This document shows, piece after piece, positions 48,195-58,178 of a stretch of DNA of 64,000 nt (position 1 is the stretch's first letter; every line of letters begins with the position of its first letter). The stretch is from Candidatus Omnitrophota bacterium (GTDB taxonomy: Bacteria > Omnitrophota > Gorgyraeia > Zapsychrales > JBAZNR01). A model generated the notes under the pieces. The model worked only from the letters and a program-made list of their open reading frames with translations, made no database searches and was not told the origin of the DNA. A program made the translations under genes and the position numbers. The stretch spans positions 321,766 to 385,765 of the forward strand of contig JBAZNR010000002.1 of the NCBI GenBank assembly GCA_041649175.1, in the 5' to 3' direction.

Positions 48195-48581
48195 TTAATT
48201 ATTTTGAAAAACAGCTCCTGTTGTGATGGTAAATGTTGTTGTCCCTGTTTTTCCAACTTCAACAGGATCTGCCGTGATGATATATGAATACGGCTGAATA
48301 TCAGGGTCAAATGTAAATCCGGAATGCGTCCCTGAAAAATAGTTTTTCCCTAAATATGGCGAAACCCCACCGGTCAAGGCATCTACAGACGCGGGATAGC
48401 TGGAATTGAAAATCAAATAATTCTCCAAAGCTGTTGCGATCGTTCTTAACCCCGCCTGAGCCGCTACGTCATTGGCGGACATTTTTGCCTTTATTAAATT
48501 TGGGATCGCGATAGCCGTTAAAACCCCAATGACGGCCACAATGATCATCATTTCAACTAAGGTAAAAGATCTCTTATTCAT
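48195..48581 (-). CDS. Type IV pilin / pseudopilin-like protein
   Basis: MNKRS|FTLVEMMIIVAVIGVLTAIAIPN N-terminal class III signal. Confidence 0.6.
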   Translation of the reverse strand: MNKRSFTLVEMMIIVAVIGVLTAIAIPNLIKAKMSANDVAAQAGLRTIATALENYLIFNSSYPASVDALTGGVSPYLGKNYFSGTHSGFTFDPDIQPYSYIITADPVEVGKTGTTTFTITTGAVFQNN

Positions 48582-50724
48582 TATATGCCGGATCCTGATA
48601 AAATTTTTTATTTGCTCGGCTTAAATTATTCAAATAGTCGCACGGCAAAAACCTTTCGGCGTTAAATTTCTCTTTAAGCCGAAGAAGATCGTTAACAATA
48701 TTTTCTGGCCCAACAAAATCCGTATAGCGCAGTAATCCTCCACGAAATGCCGGAAAACCCGTACCCATGATCATCCCCACATCAACTGTTTCGGCATTAT
48801 CCACAATGCCTTCCTGCAGACAACGCGCCGCTTCATTAATCATCGTATAAACCATGCGCTTGAGATATTCACTTCTCTGGGGGTCAGGCAAAGCGGATTT
48901 TGTGATCATTCCATAAATTTCCGGGTTGGGAATTCGTTTCTTTCCGTGGATATAGAACCCTTTTCCGGTTTTCTTACCGAAAGTCTTTTTTTGATAAACT
49001 TTCTCAAATATCCCAACAGGTTTAAACCTTTCACCCAAGCCTTTTTCCAAGATCTGCAAAACTTTGAAACCAACATCCAGGCCAACTTCATCCGATAAAG
49101 CGAACGGTCCCATCGGCATTCCAAAATCTGTCATGACCCTATCGACATATTCAACGCGATTTCCCTCTTCCAAGATCCGCCCGGATTCGTTGACATATCC
49201 CAATAAAATCCGATTCACTAAAAATCCACACGAATCTTTGACGATAATTGGAGTTTTTCCTAAGCGTTTTGTGCATTGCAATGCGCTCGCAATTGTTTCC
49301 GGTGAAGTTAAATCAGTTTTAATGATCTCGATTAACGGCATTCGCTCAACCGGATTAAAAAAATGTAAGCCGATCACCCTAGACGGGTCTTTCGCCTCTT
49401 TGGCCATTTCGGTCACGGATAAAGCTGAGGTATTGGTGCATAAAATGGCTTTCGAGGAAACAGCGGCGCTCAATTCCTTAAAAATATTTTTCTTAACATC
49501 AATATTTTCAACGACCGCCTCAATAACCATATCCGCGTCTTGAAAACCTGAATAATCCAGCGTTGAGGTTATGCGCGCCATACCGACGGATGATTCAAAT
49601 TCTTTTATTTTTCTTGCCTTAACAGCTTTTTGATAGATCAAGCTTGCGGCCTTCAATCCTTTAGCAATGGCATCATAATGAACATCTTTTAAGCGCACCC
49701 AGATCTTTCGAGAGCTTAAAAGCTGCGCAATGCCCCCGCCCATAATGCCAGCGCCCAAAACAGCACATTTCTTGATTTGCAGCGGCGCAATTGACTCGGT
49801 TCCGGGGACAATTAATTTACGATACTTTTCCGTAAGATAAAAAAGTTGAATAAGATTTTTTGAAACATCTGTTGCAACTAATTCGCTAAAGGCCTTAGCT
49901 TCCCGAGAAAGAGCGGTCACACGATTGAGCCCGTAGGTACTTTTGATGACTTCGATTGCTTTAAGAGGAGCCGGATAAAAACCTTTGGTTGTTTTAAGAA
50001 CTGTTTTTCGCGCCTGGTCAAAGATAATACCGCGGCCTAAAGATGTTCTTTCCAATAAAAACTCTTGGATCGTTTTCTCTTTTCGCGGCTTGCGATGATA
50101 ACCCTTGGCGCTTACTTCATCCACAAATTGATCGAGCAAGATATCGAGATTTTTTTGAGGAAAAATCCTATCCACGAGCCCAACCTTGAAAGCCTCTCGC
50201 GACGATATAAGTTTTCCGGTTAAAATCATTTTTAGCCCTTGAGTCAAGCCGACCAGTTTTGGCAAGCGATAAGTTCCGCCAAAGCCTGGAATAATCCCTA
50301 AATTGACTTCCGGAAGGCCCATCTTAATTTTCTCGTTAAATGTCGCCACGCGATAATGACAAGCCAGGGCTAATTCGCACCCGCCCCCTAAAGCAACGCC
50401 ATCAATAACAGCAATAGCAGGAATTCTCAAATCTTCAATTTTGTCTAAAATTTGCTGGCCGGCGCGCGATTTTAGCTCACCATCTTGAGGCACTTTAATT
50501 CCTTCAATTTCTTTGATGTCGGCTCCGGCAATGAACACATCTTGTTTTTTGCTAACAAAGACCACCGCTTTTAACATTGAATTAGATCTGATCTCTTCCA
50601 GAAAAACCTCTAGTTGTTTTAAGGCCGCTGAGCTTAGAAGATTGACCTTAGAATCCGGCTGATCAAATTCAATAACTCCGACATTGTTTTTTACGTGATA
50701 GAAAACTGAATTTTGATTCTCCAT
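48574..50724 (-). CDS. fadB: Fatty-acid oxidation multifunctional protein (enoyl-CoA hydratase + 3-hydroxyacyl-CoA dehydrogenase)
   Basis: N-terminal crotonase fold and C-terminal 3HCDH NAD-binding motif (AVLGAGIMGGGIA), about 716 aa. Confidence 0.85.
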   Translation of the reverse strand: MENQNSVFYHVKNNVGVIEFDQPDSKVNLLSSAALKQLEVFLEEIRSNSMLKAVVFVSKKQDVFIAGADIKEIEGIKVPQDGELKSRAGQQILDKIEDLRIPAIAVIDGVALGGGCELALACHYRVATFNEKIKMGLPEVNLGIIPGFGGTYRLPKLVGLTQGLKMILTGKLISSREAFKVGLVDRIFPQKNLDILLDQFVDEVSAKGYHRKPRKEKTIQEFLLERTSLGRGIIFDQARKTVLKTTKGFYPAPLKAIEVIKSTYGLNRVTALSREAKAFSELVATDVSKNLIQLFYLTEKYRKLIVPGTESIAPLQIKKCAVLGAGIMGGGIAQLLSSRKIWVRLKDVHYDAIAKGLKAASLIYQKAVKARKIKEFESSVGMARITSTLDYSGFQDADMVIEAVVENIDVKKNIFKELSAAVSSKAILCTNTSALSVTEMAKEAKDPSRVIGLHFFNPVERMPLIEIIKTDLTSPETIASALQCTKRLGKTPIIVKDSCGFLVNRILLGYVNESGRILEEGNRVEYVDRVMTDFGMPMGPFALSDEVGLDVGFKVLQILEKGLGERFKPVGIFEKVYQKKTFGKKTGKGFYIHGKKRIPNPEIYGMITKSALPDPQRSEYLKRMVYTMINEAARCLQEGIVDNAETVDVGMIMGTGFPAFRGGLLRYTDFVGPENIVNDLLRLKEKFNAERFLPCDYLNNLSRANKKFYQDPAYNE

Positions 50725-50726
50725 CT

Positions 50727-52001
50727 TTACCTTTCTAAAATGACAGCCGCGCCCTGCCCGCCGCCAATGCACAATGAAACAAGGCCAAGGTTAAGATTTG
50801 CGCGTTTCAGATGCTTTAACATCGTCAGGATCAATCTTGCGCCGGTTGCGCCAACAGGATGCCCCAAAGCAATGGAGCCGCCATTAACATTGAGAATATC
50901 CGCGTTTACATTACCGATAATACCTTCATATCCGAATTCTTTGGCAAATTCTTGAGAATCAAGCGCGCGCAAACAAGCCAGCACTTGCGCTGCAAACGCT
51001 TCATTGATCTCAATAGCCTGGATTTGCTTTAAGGTAAGCCCGGCTTTTCTTAAAACCTTCGGGATAGCATGCGCCGGGCCAATTCCCATTCGTTGCGGCT
51101 CAACGCCGGCAACAGCAAAAGCCCGGACAAAACCCAGCGGCTCCAAATTAAGCTCTCGTGCTTTTTTCTCACTCATCACCAGCAATGCCGCGGCTCCGTC
51201 GGTCACTTGACTTGAATTTCCCGCCGTTACCGTTCCCGTTTGCTTTTCAAAGATCGGCTTTAATTTTGCTAAGGCTTCCATCGTTTGATTTTCACGCGGG
51301 CCATTGTCTGACTCAACAGCCGCTTGATATTTTGGGGCCGGAATGACCGGAACGATCTCTTCCCGTAAAACCTTTTTGGCGGCCACAGCCCGCTGATGGC
51401 TCAGGAGCGCAAATTGATCTTGCTCTTTTCGAGTAATGCCAAACTCTTTAGCTAAAACTTCTCCGGTTTGCCCCATATTAAGGCCGCAAACCGGATCAGT
51501 TAATCCTAAATGAAGGCCAACGCGCGGAGTCAGAAATTTTAACTTGAAAGATAATGCAATTTGTGCTTTTTCAACAATTGTTTTTGCGCGCCCCCACTTA
51601 AAAATCATATCTTGCAAATCTTTAGTGAGTAAAAAAGGAATGTTGCTCATCGATTCTGTGCCGCCGGCAATAATACACTGGGCCTCTCCGCTTAAAATTT
51701 TAAGCGACGCTGTTGTAACAGCTTCTATTCCTGATGCACAATTTCGATGGACCGTAAAAGCGGGTGTCGTGATCGGAATACCGGCCAAAAGAGCGATAAC
51801 CCTGGAAATATTAGCGGCGTCGGCTGGCTGCGCGACATTACCGAAGATAACCTCATCAACTACGCCAACATCAAGGCTGGTCCGTTCAATAAGTTCGCGA
51901 ACAGCAATTCGCCCTAATTCCTGAGCGCTGACGCGGTCGAACAAAGTGGAAATCTTGCAAAATGGTGTCCGTATCCCTTCGACAATAGCAATTCTTTCCA
52001 T
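50727..52001 (-). CDS. fadA: Acetyl-CoA C-acyltransferase (thiolase)
   Basis: Thiolase active-site Cys (VHRNCASG) and C-terminal NVNGGSIALGHPVGATG motifs. Confidence 0.9.
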   Translation of the reverse strand: MERIAIVEGIRTPFCKISTLFDRVSAQELGRIAVRELIERTSLDVGVVDEVIFGNVAQPADAANISRVIALLAGIPITTPAFTVHRNCASGIEAVTTASLKILSGEAQCIIAGGTESMSNIPFLLTKDLQDMIFKWGRAKTIVEKAQIALSFKLKFLTPRVGLHLGLTDPVCGLNMGQTGEVLAKEFGITRKEQDQFALLSHQRAVAAKKVLREEIVPVIPAPKYQAAVESDNGPRENQTMEALAKLKPIFEKQTGTVTAGNSSQVTDGAAALLVMSEKKARELNLEPLGFVRAFAVAGVEPQRMGIGPAHAIPKVLRKAGLTLKQIQAIEINEAFAAQVLACLRALDSQEFAKEFGYEGIIGNVNADILNVNGGSIALGHPVGATGARLILTMLKHLKRANLNLGLVSLCIGGGQGAAVILER

Positions 52002-52019
52002 GATTCTTTCCCCTATTGG

Positions 52020-53504
52020 TTATTTCGGCCGAACATCAATGATCCGCTTTTCTTTTGAAGATGTTTCAAGCTCCAAGCGGCGCACCATCTCATCAAAAGA
52101 AATAAAAAATACGGCATTAGGCGTAATTTCCGTTGCCAAAACAATATTTTTCTTGATCGCTTCTTCGATCTGCCCTTTATCAACACCGTCTTTCACGCAA
52201 ACATAAACAATAACTTCATCGATTTCGAATGGGTCATTATCTTTTTTACGGATCTCAATTTGCCATTCCGGAATTTGTTCAAATTTTTCTAGGATTTCCG
52301 AAAAACTATTTAAGTCGACCAATGTCCCTTTGATTTTGGATAATTTAAGGCTCCTCACATCCGACATACGCGTAATATTACTTGAAATACGCGGAACGGT
52401 TCTTCGGCAAAACGGGCACGGCTCATACGTTATCCCGCCTTTCACAAAATCACCAGTTCGATATCTGATAACCGCGCTGCCGCGCGAATCAATAGAGGTG
52501 TAAACTAATTCTCCATCTTCTCCTTCGCGCTTTATTTCACCGGTTTGCGGATCAATAACCTCGAAGATCTCTTTATCCGGATAAAGATGATATCCGCTGG
52601 AAACACCTGCCGGAGCTGGACATTCGGCCCAAGCTGTGCGCGCCTCGGTAAACCCATAAGTCCCAAAGATAAAAGGATCTTTTGAGCCCAAAGAACACAA
52701 AAGTTCGGTTACGCGTGTTTTGAATGTATCCGGAATACGCGACGCCCCTAAAACAACTTTTTTAATAAAACTTAAGTCGCATCCTTTTTCTTTTGCCGCG
52801 CGCAAGATATGATACAAATAACTCGGCACACCTAAGACAACAGCCGGTTTCATTTTTAAAAGAGCGGCAATGCTAGCTTCGGTGCCGGAAACTTTCCCTC
52901 CTCCGGTGCTAAGGATGAGGATGCCGGAAGACAGTCCCCCAAAAACAACTTGCCAGAAAGCTAAATGCGGCGCGTACGGAAATAAATTAACAATATGTTC
53001 CGATTCCTGAATACCAAACAGGCTTACCATGCGCGATCCGGAAATAGATAAGTTATTAATATCATGCTTTGTATAAACATACGGTAGCGGCCTTTCGGTC
53101 GTTCCCGTCGTAAAGGTAATAAAAACAGGCCGGTATTCTTTGGAAACTTCATCTTTAACGAACTGTTTTCCCTGCAGAACCGATCTTAACGCCATACTGG
53201 CTAACTTATGAGCCGGAAGATACTTTTTTATTGTTTTCGGATCTGGTTGCAAAATAAAATCTCTGAACCGATCCGCATTCTTTCCCGAATCAAGAAAATC
53301 GCGCTTTGAAGTCAAAGGAATATGCTTTAGATCCTCCACTGTTTTTATTTTTCGCGGGTCGATCCGTTTTTGATCAAATAAATTCCGATAAAAGGAACTA
53401 AACGGATAAACTTGACGATTTAAAAAACTATGTAGTAATCTATTTTGCAAATCCCGAACTTGAACCCGGGATAATTTTGACAAATTCTTCCAAGGGTCTA
53501 TCAT
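52020..53504 (-). CDS. Phenylacetate-CoA ligase (PaaK) / coenzyme F390 synthetase-like adenylate-forming enzyme
   Basis: FTTGTTERPLPYVY AMP-binding P-loop-like motif, length 494 aa. Confidence 0.6.
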   Translation of the reverse strand: MIDPWKNLSKLSRVQVRDLQNRLLHSFLNRQVYPFSSFYRNLFDQKRIDPRKIKTVEDLKHIPLTSKRDFLDSGKNADRFRDFILQPDPKTIKKYLPAHKLASMALRSVLQGKQFVKDEVSKEYRPVFITFTTGTTERPLPYVYTKHDINNLSISGSRMVSLFGIQESEHIVNLFPYAPHLAFWQVVFGGLSSGILILSTGGGKVSGTEASIAALLKMKPAVVLGVPSYLYHILRAAKEKGCDLSFIKKVVLGASRIPDTFKTRVTELLCSLGSKDPFIFGTYGFTEARTAWAECPAPAGVSSGYHLYPDKEIFEVIDPQTGEIKREGEDGELVYTSIDSRGSAVIRYRTGDFVKGGITYEPCPFCRRTVPRISSNITRMSDVRSLKLSKIKGTLVDLNSFSEILEKFEQIPEWQIEIRKKDNDPFEIDEVIVYVCVKDGVDKGQIEEAIKKNIVLATEITPNAVFFISFDEMVRRLELETSSKEKRIIDVRPK

Positions 53505-53511
53505 TTAAATT

Positions 53512-54003
53512 TTATTCCTGAGATTCCTCCGCCCGCTTTCGCGCGATGGCAATAACGTTGTTGATGACTTCCACTAAAGTTTCGGTGGCAAAAGGTTTCG
53601 AGACATAATCATCAACCCCATAGCCTTTGGATAAAGCTTCCGGGTCTTTGCTTTCCACGATTTGCCCGCGGTCTTTGGTCAGCGGATTATTCGGAAGCCA
53701 CTGAAACTGCTTCTTCTTTTTAGAATAGACCATTTCCCCTTTTCCGCTTACCATAACGATAGGGATATTCTTAAGCTCCTCATCTTGCTTAAGGGCCTTG
53801 GCAATTTCTGACCCTCTTCGTCCGGGCATAATGTTATCCACTAAAACCGCATCTGGCTTTTCTCTGCGGCAAATATCTTCCGCTTCTTTAGGATTTATCG
53901 TCGTGACAACTTCAAATTCACCTGTCGCCTCTAAATTATCTTTGACCAAAAGGCACAAATCCGCTTCATCATCAATTAGAACAATCTTTTTCTTATCCGG
54001 CAT
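53512..54003 (-). CDS. Receiver-domain-only response regulator with an about 25-aa insertion before beta5
   Basis: IVLIDDE ... VLVDNIMP ... IPIVMVSGKGE ... DDYVSKPF. Confidence 0.7.
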   Translation of the reverse strand: MPDKKKIVLIDDEADLCLLVKDNLEATGEFEVVTTINPKEAEDICRREKPDAVLVDNIMPGRRGSEIAKALKQDEELKNIPIVMVSGKGEMVYSKKKKQFQWLPNNPLTKDRGQIVESKDPEALSKGYGVDDYVSKPFATETLVEVINNVIAIARKRAEESQE

Positions 54004-54032
54004 ACCTATCTCCTTTTAAGATTTAGTTTTTA

Positions 54033-54533
54033 TTATTCCGACTGGGAACCCTCTTCGCTTTCCCTCAGCTTTTTCTTTGCTAATGTTTCCTCGATCAAGG
54101 CAACCAATGTTTCCGTGTTAAATGGTTTTGACAGATACCCATCGACCCCATAGATCGCCATCGCGCGATCAGGGTCTTTCTCGCGGACAATATTACCGCG
54201 ATTCTGAACGACAGGACGATTAGGCATCCAGCTCCATTTGTTTTGTTTTTTTTGATAAACCATCTCACCTAAGCCGCTAACTAAAATAATGGGGATCTTC
54301 GCCGTATCAGGATCTTTTTTAAGAAGACTGGCTACCTCTACCCCATTTCTTTTTGGCATCACGATATCCATCAAGATGATATCCGGATTTTCACTCTTGC
54401 AGAATTCTTCGGCCTTTTCAGATTCCGACAAAGTTGAAACACTAAATTTTCCGGTCTCCTCCAGATTCGATTTGACCAAAAACCCTAGGTCCGCTTCATC
54501 ATCGATCAAGGCAATCTTTATCGGATCAGCCAT
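54033..54533 (-). CDS. Receiver-domain-only response regulator (paralog, same insertion)
   Basis: IALIDDE ... ILMDIVMP ... IPIILVSGLGE ... DGYLSKPF. Start ATG overlaps the kinase stop (TAATG). Confidence 0.7.
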   Translation of the reverse strand: MADPIKIALIDDEADLGFLVKSNLEETGKFSVSTLSESEKAEEFCKSENPDIILMDIVMPKRNGVEVASLLKKDPDTAKIPIILVSGLGEMVYQKKQNKWSWMPNRPVVQNRGNIVREKDPDRAMAIYGVDGYLSKPFNTETLVALIEETLAKKKLRESEEGSQSE

Positions 54534-56482
54534 TATTTTCCTCCGCTGATATTTTTTTTCTTTTCCTGCGGCTCTGTGCACATCGGAAGCATAATAAAAA
54601 ATGTTGTTCCCTGACCTTGCTTGCTTTCGACATGAATAGACCCCTGATGCCGCTCTAAGATCAAATAAACCGTGCTGAGCCCAAGCCCTGTCCCTTTCCC
54701 AGGTTCCTTGGTCGTAAAAAACGGGTCAAAAACGAACGGAAGATGTTCCGGGTCAATGCCTGTCCCGGTATCTTTCACTTCAATAATAAATTTCTCAGCC
54801 GCATCGTGCAAAGCGGACGATGTTTGAGGATAACCCACGACGGTGATTTCTCCTCCTTGCGGCATGGCATCGATCGCGTTAGCAAAGAGATCGAAGAAAA
54901 CTTGCTGCAAGATAACTCCGTCTCCCATAACAAAGAAATCTTCCGGAGGATATTGACAGGTAACTTTCACATTGTTGGTTTTGGCTGTGCTTTCAATAAG
55001 AAGTACCGCAGGCTCAATAACATCGCGAACATTGATAGGCTTTAGCTCAAGCTGAGATGACCGGGCAAACTTTAAAAGCGCGTTAACAACCTTATTGGCT
55101 CTAACCGCGGCGTTTCTAACCATCGTCATATATTCAAAACCCTTTGTGCCTTTCTCCGGAAGGACTTTCTCAAGGCGCTCAATGCCCTGCAAGATAACGG
55201 CCAAAGGATTTTTAATTTCATGTGCTACGCCAGAAGCCAAGACACCGACCGCCGCCATTTTCTCTGTTTGGATCAGCTGATTTTGTGTTTCCTTGATCTC
55301 GCTATTCGCAACTTCAAGGTCTTTGACCATCCCCTTAAGAGCGGATTGATTATCTTTTAAGATTTTGTTCGCAAGCTCTAATTGCTTTTGATTTTCCTCA
55401 ATAAGCCGCTCTTTTTTCTTTAAATCTGTAATGTCCCGATCAACCCCCCGGTAACCGATAATATGTCCTCGGCTATTGTGGATGGCAAATCCCTTAACTT
55501 CCAAGAAGACCTCATGGCCATCTTTGTGTCGTCGACGGCCTATCTCCTCAATGACCAAATCCCCTTTTTCTCTGGTTTTTACAACATTCTGCATGGCCTG
55601 TTCGCGATCTTCCGGAAAACAAAAATCATAGAAATATTTCTTTTGGACAATTTCTGATGGCGCATAACCAAGGACATCCGTAACGGCATGACTTGAATAC
55701 ATATACATCCCATCGGTATTGGTTTCCCATATCCAGTCACCGGTCCCGTCCGCCATATGGCGGAAACGTTCTTCACTGATCGCTAACTTTCTGATCATTC
55801 TTTTCTGTTGGCGAACCGAGAAGAAAGAAATAATAAAAACCCAGAAAAATAAGAATGAAATGACCCCCGCGACAATTTGTTGAGAAATAATATCACGTTC
55901 CCACGTTGACGCATCAACATCAAGCCCCATGACAGCGATCACGTCATTTGTCTCAGCATCTTTTAGCGGAATAAGCGCGGAAACCCACGTTCCCCAGCGA
56001 TCAGTTAAAGGCCCTTCGACAAATCCATCGCCGCCAGTAAACAAAGCACGAAGCTCCGTTGAAGCCTCCTCATAAACCTCTCCCGGAGATGAATAGTCCG
56101 GAGAATCCGGGTCTTCTCCGTCAACAAGGAAAATGACCTTATCATCCTTTTTCCCCATCAAATAAGCAAAACGTAGCGTTGGATTGGCTTTAACAACCTG
56201 GGTCATCTGTTCTTTTAAGCGAAGGTATTCTGGCTTTATTAAGTCATTTTCACTACCAGTTAAACTCTGCACGCTGTCATTTCTGACAGCTGCAGCCAAA
56301 ATCCTAACCTGAGAAAGAAAATTGGCTTTTTGTGTCTTTTTTTCATGATCTCCGATGAATTTCACAAAAAACCAACTCAAAAGAAAACAAAGAAGAATAA
56401 TGAGAACATAAAAGAATATAAAAGAAATTTGAGATGAAGAAATACCTACAGAATTAATGCGCGCTTTTGTTAGTTTGGGCAT
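54533..56482 (-). CDS. Sensor histidine kinase (TM-periplasmic-TM, PAS, HisKA, HATPase_c)
   Basis: VAHEIKNPL H-box, PAS-like segment, N/G1/G2 boxes (TGLGLS). Confidence 0.8.
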   Translation of the reverse strand: MPKLTKARINSVGISSSQISFIFFYVLIILLCFLLSWFFVKFIGDHEKKTQKANFLSQVRILAAAVRNDSVQSLTGSENDLIKPEYLRLKEQMTQVVKANPTLRFAYLMGKKDDKVIFLVDGEDPDSPDYSSPGEVYEEASTELRALFTGGDGFVEGPLTDRWGTWVSALIPLKDAETNDVIAVMGLDVDASTWERDIISQQIVAGVISFLFFWVFIISFFSVRQQKRMIRKLAISEERFRHMADGTGDWIWETNTDGMYMYSSHAVTDVLGYAPSEIVQKKYFYDFCFPEDREQAMQNVVKTREKGDLVIEEIGRRRHKDGHEVFLEVKGFAIHNSRGHIIGYRGVDRDITDLKKKERLIEENQKQLELANKILKDNQSALKGMVKDLEVANSEIKETQNQLIQTEKMAAVGVLASGVAHEIKNPLAVILQGIERLEKVLPEKGTKGFEYMTMVRNAAVRANKVVNALLKFARSSQLELKPINVRDVIEPAVLLIESTAKTNNVKVTCQYPPEDFFVMGDGVILQQVFFDLFANAIDAMPQGGEITVVGYPQTSSALHDAAEKFIIEVKDTGTGIDPEHLPFVFDPFFTTKEPGKGTGLGLSTVYLILERHQGSIHVESKQGQGTTFFIMLPMCTEPQEKKKNISGGK

Positions 56483-56542
56483 AGGTTGAATATTTATACT
56501 AGTATTATTGTAGCGAAGGGTTTAAGAAAATCAAAACAAAAA

Positions 56543-56572
56543 CCCGATTTTCTTTATGAAAATCGGGTTTCA
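56543..56572 (-). terminator. Intrinsic terminator (12-bp perfect stem aacccgattttc/gaaaatcgggtt) with T-tract on minus strand
   Basis: Read directly. Lies downstream of the 56596-57024 minus-strand gene. Confidence 0.6.
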
Positions 56573-56595
56573 GATTTTACTGCAATTTTACGGCT

Positions 56596-57024
56596 CTAGT
56601 GGCTTTCAATGCCAATAGCAAATTCATAAACTAAGCGCCCGCCATGATAGCCGGCAACCATAACAAAGCCGGTAAGAAAAATAAGCAACGCCAAAAACAC
56701 TGCCTTAAACCAAGAATTCTTTTTCCTTTGGATAAAGCAAAGAATAGGTAACGACACCCAAGAAAGGCCCAAAACCCAAAAAGCAAAAAAACGATGCGCA
56801 TAAAAAACAGGATGCTTCAAGCCATATTCTTGCGCTTCCTCAAGCCCGGTTACAACAGCTAAAGGTGTTAGCAATGTTCCTAGAATATAAACATATAAAG
56901 CTGCCTGCCGAAAATTTTCTTTTTTTAGAACAATCCCAAAAACATAAAGTATCAGGGCGCTTGGAAAAAGCGCGATCGGGAAATGAACCAGCATCGGATG
57001 AAGATGCAATTCTATTTCAGGCAC
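56596..57024 (-). CDS. Hypothetical 4-TM membrane protein (DUF2231-like)
   Basis: HPMLVHFPIAL ... GYHGGRLVY pattern. Confidence 0.35.
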   Translation of the reverse strand: MPEIELHLHPMLVHFPIALFPSALILYVFGIVLKKENFRQAALYVYILGTLLTPLAVVTGLEEAQEYGLKHPVFYAHRFFAFWVLGLSWVSLPILCFIQRKKNSWFKAVFLALLIFLTGFVMVAGYHGGRLVYEFAIGIESH

Positions 57025-57036
57025 TGCCCACCTCTT

Positions 57037-58170
57037 TTATTTGACGCATAGACTGCGCGCCTTTGCTTCAATAGAAGCCAAAAGCTCGTTAAATGACTTT
57101 TCAAAAGCCGCGATACCTTCGGAGAGGAGCTGAGAACAAACATAATTGATGTTAATGCCGTTCTTATTTAGCGCCGTAATGATCTTTTGCGATTCTTTTG
57201 CGCTTTCCACAAAAGCTTCTTTTACGACACCGTGATCTAGAAATGCTTGCAGGGTTTTTTCCGGCAATGTATTAACCGTTGGCTTTGCGATAAGTTCTGT
57301 AACATACTTAATATCACTATACTGCGGATTTTTCGTCCCTGTCGAAGCCCAAAGAACGCGCTGAGGTTTTGCATGTTTTTTAGATAAAGCCCCAAACGAT
57401 TTCTCAGAAAATATTTGTTCAAATTGTTGAAAGATAAGCCTTGAATTAGCAACAGCGGCCTGCCCCCGCAAAGCTAAGATTTTATTCTTAAGTTTAAGAT
57501 CAGATTCGTCGGCACTTCTTTGCTCAAGCAGTTTATCAACCGTCGTGTCAATACGGCTAATAAAAACACTGGCAACTGAGTGTGTTGAGTTTAAATTGAT
57601 CTTTTTATTGCCCAGCCGGCTCATTCCTTTGACAAACGCCATCGCTGTCTGGATATACTGATCCAGCGAGAAAATAAGAGTTACATTAACATTGATCCCT
57701 TGGCTCAATAATTCTTCCGCAATAAAAAATCCGGCTGATGTCGCCGGAACTTTGATCATAACATTAGAACGCCCAACTTTCTTGAACAATCGCACGCCTT
57801 CATCAATGGATTCTTGCGCTTTCATTGCTAAACGTGGATCGATCTCAAGGCTAACATAACCATCCAAACCACTGGTTGATTCATAAATACCGCGAAATGC
57901 GTCCGCCGCATCGCGCACATCTTGAGTTGTTAGTTCATCATAAATTTCAAAAGTATTTCTTCCTTCCCCGGCTAATTTAACGATTTGTTCGTCGTAATCA
58001 GCACTTTGGCTGATGGCCTGATTAAAAATAGTAGGATTAGATGTCATGCCGCGCAAACCTAGACGAATCCATTCTCTAAGCTTGCCGCTTTTGATCATGG
58101 ACCGGCTGATATAATCCAGCCAAATGCTTTGACCAAAATTAGCCAACTGCGTAATTGTGGTCTTGGGCAT
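57037..58170 (-). CDS. tal: Transaldolase (long form)
   Basis: GQSIWLDYISR and NPTIF motifs, 377 aa. Confidence 0.8.
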   Translation of the reverse strand: MPKTTITQLANFGQSIWLDYISRSMIKSGKLREWIRLGLRGMTSNPTIFNQAISQSADYDEQIVKLAGEGRNTFEIYDELTTQDVRDAADAFRGIYESTSGLDGYVSLEIDPRLAMKAQESIDEGVRLFKKVGRSNVMIKVPATSAGFFIAEELLSQGINVNVTLIFSLDQYIQTAMAFVKGMSRLGNKKINLNSTHSVASVFISRIDTTVDKLLEQRSADESDLKLKNKILALRGQAAVANSRLIFQQFEQIFSEKSFGALSKKHAKPQRVLWASTGTKNPQYSDIKYVTELIAKPTVNTLPEKTLQAFLDHGVVKEAFVESAKESQKIITALNKNGININYVCSQLLSEGIAAFEKSFNELLASIEAKARSLCVK

Positions 58171-58178
58171 ATTTCCTC

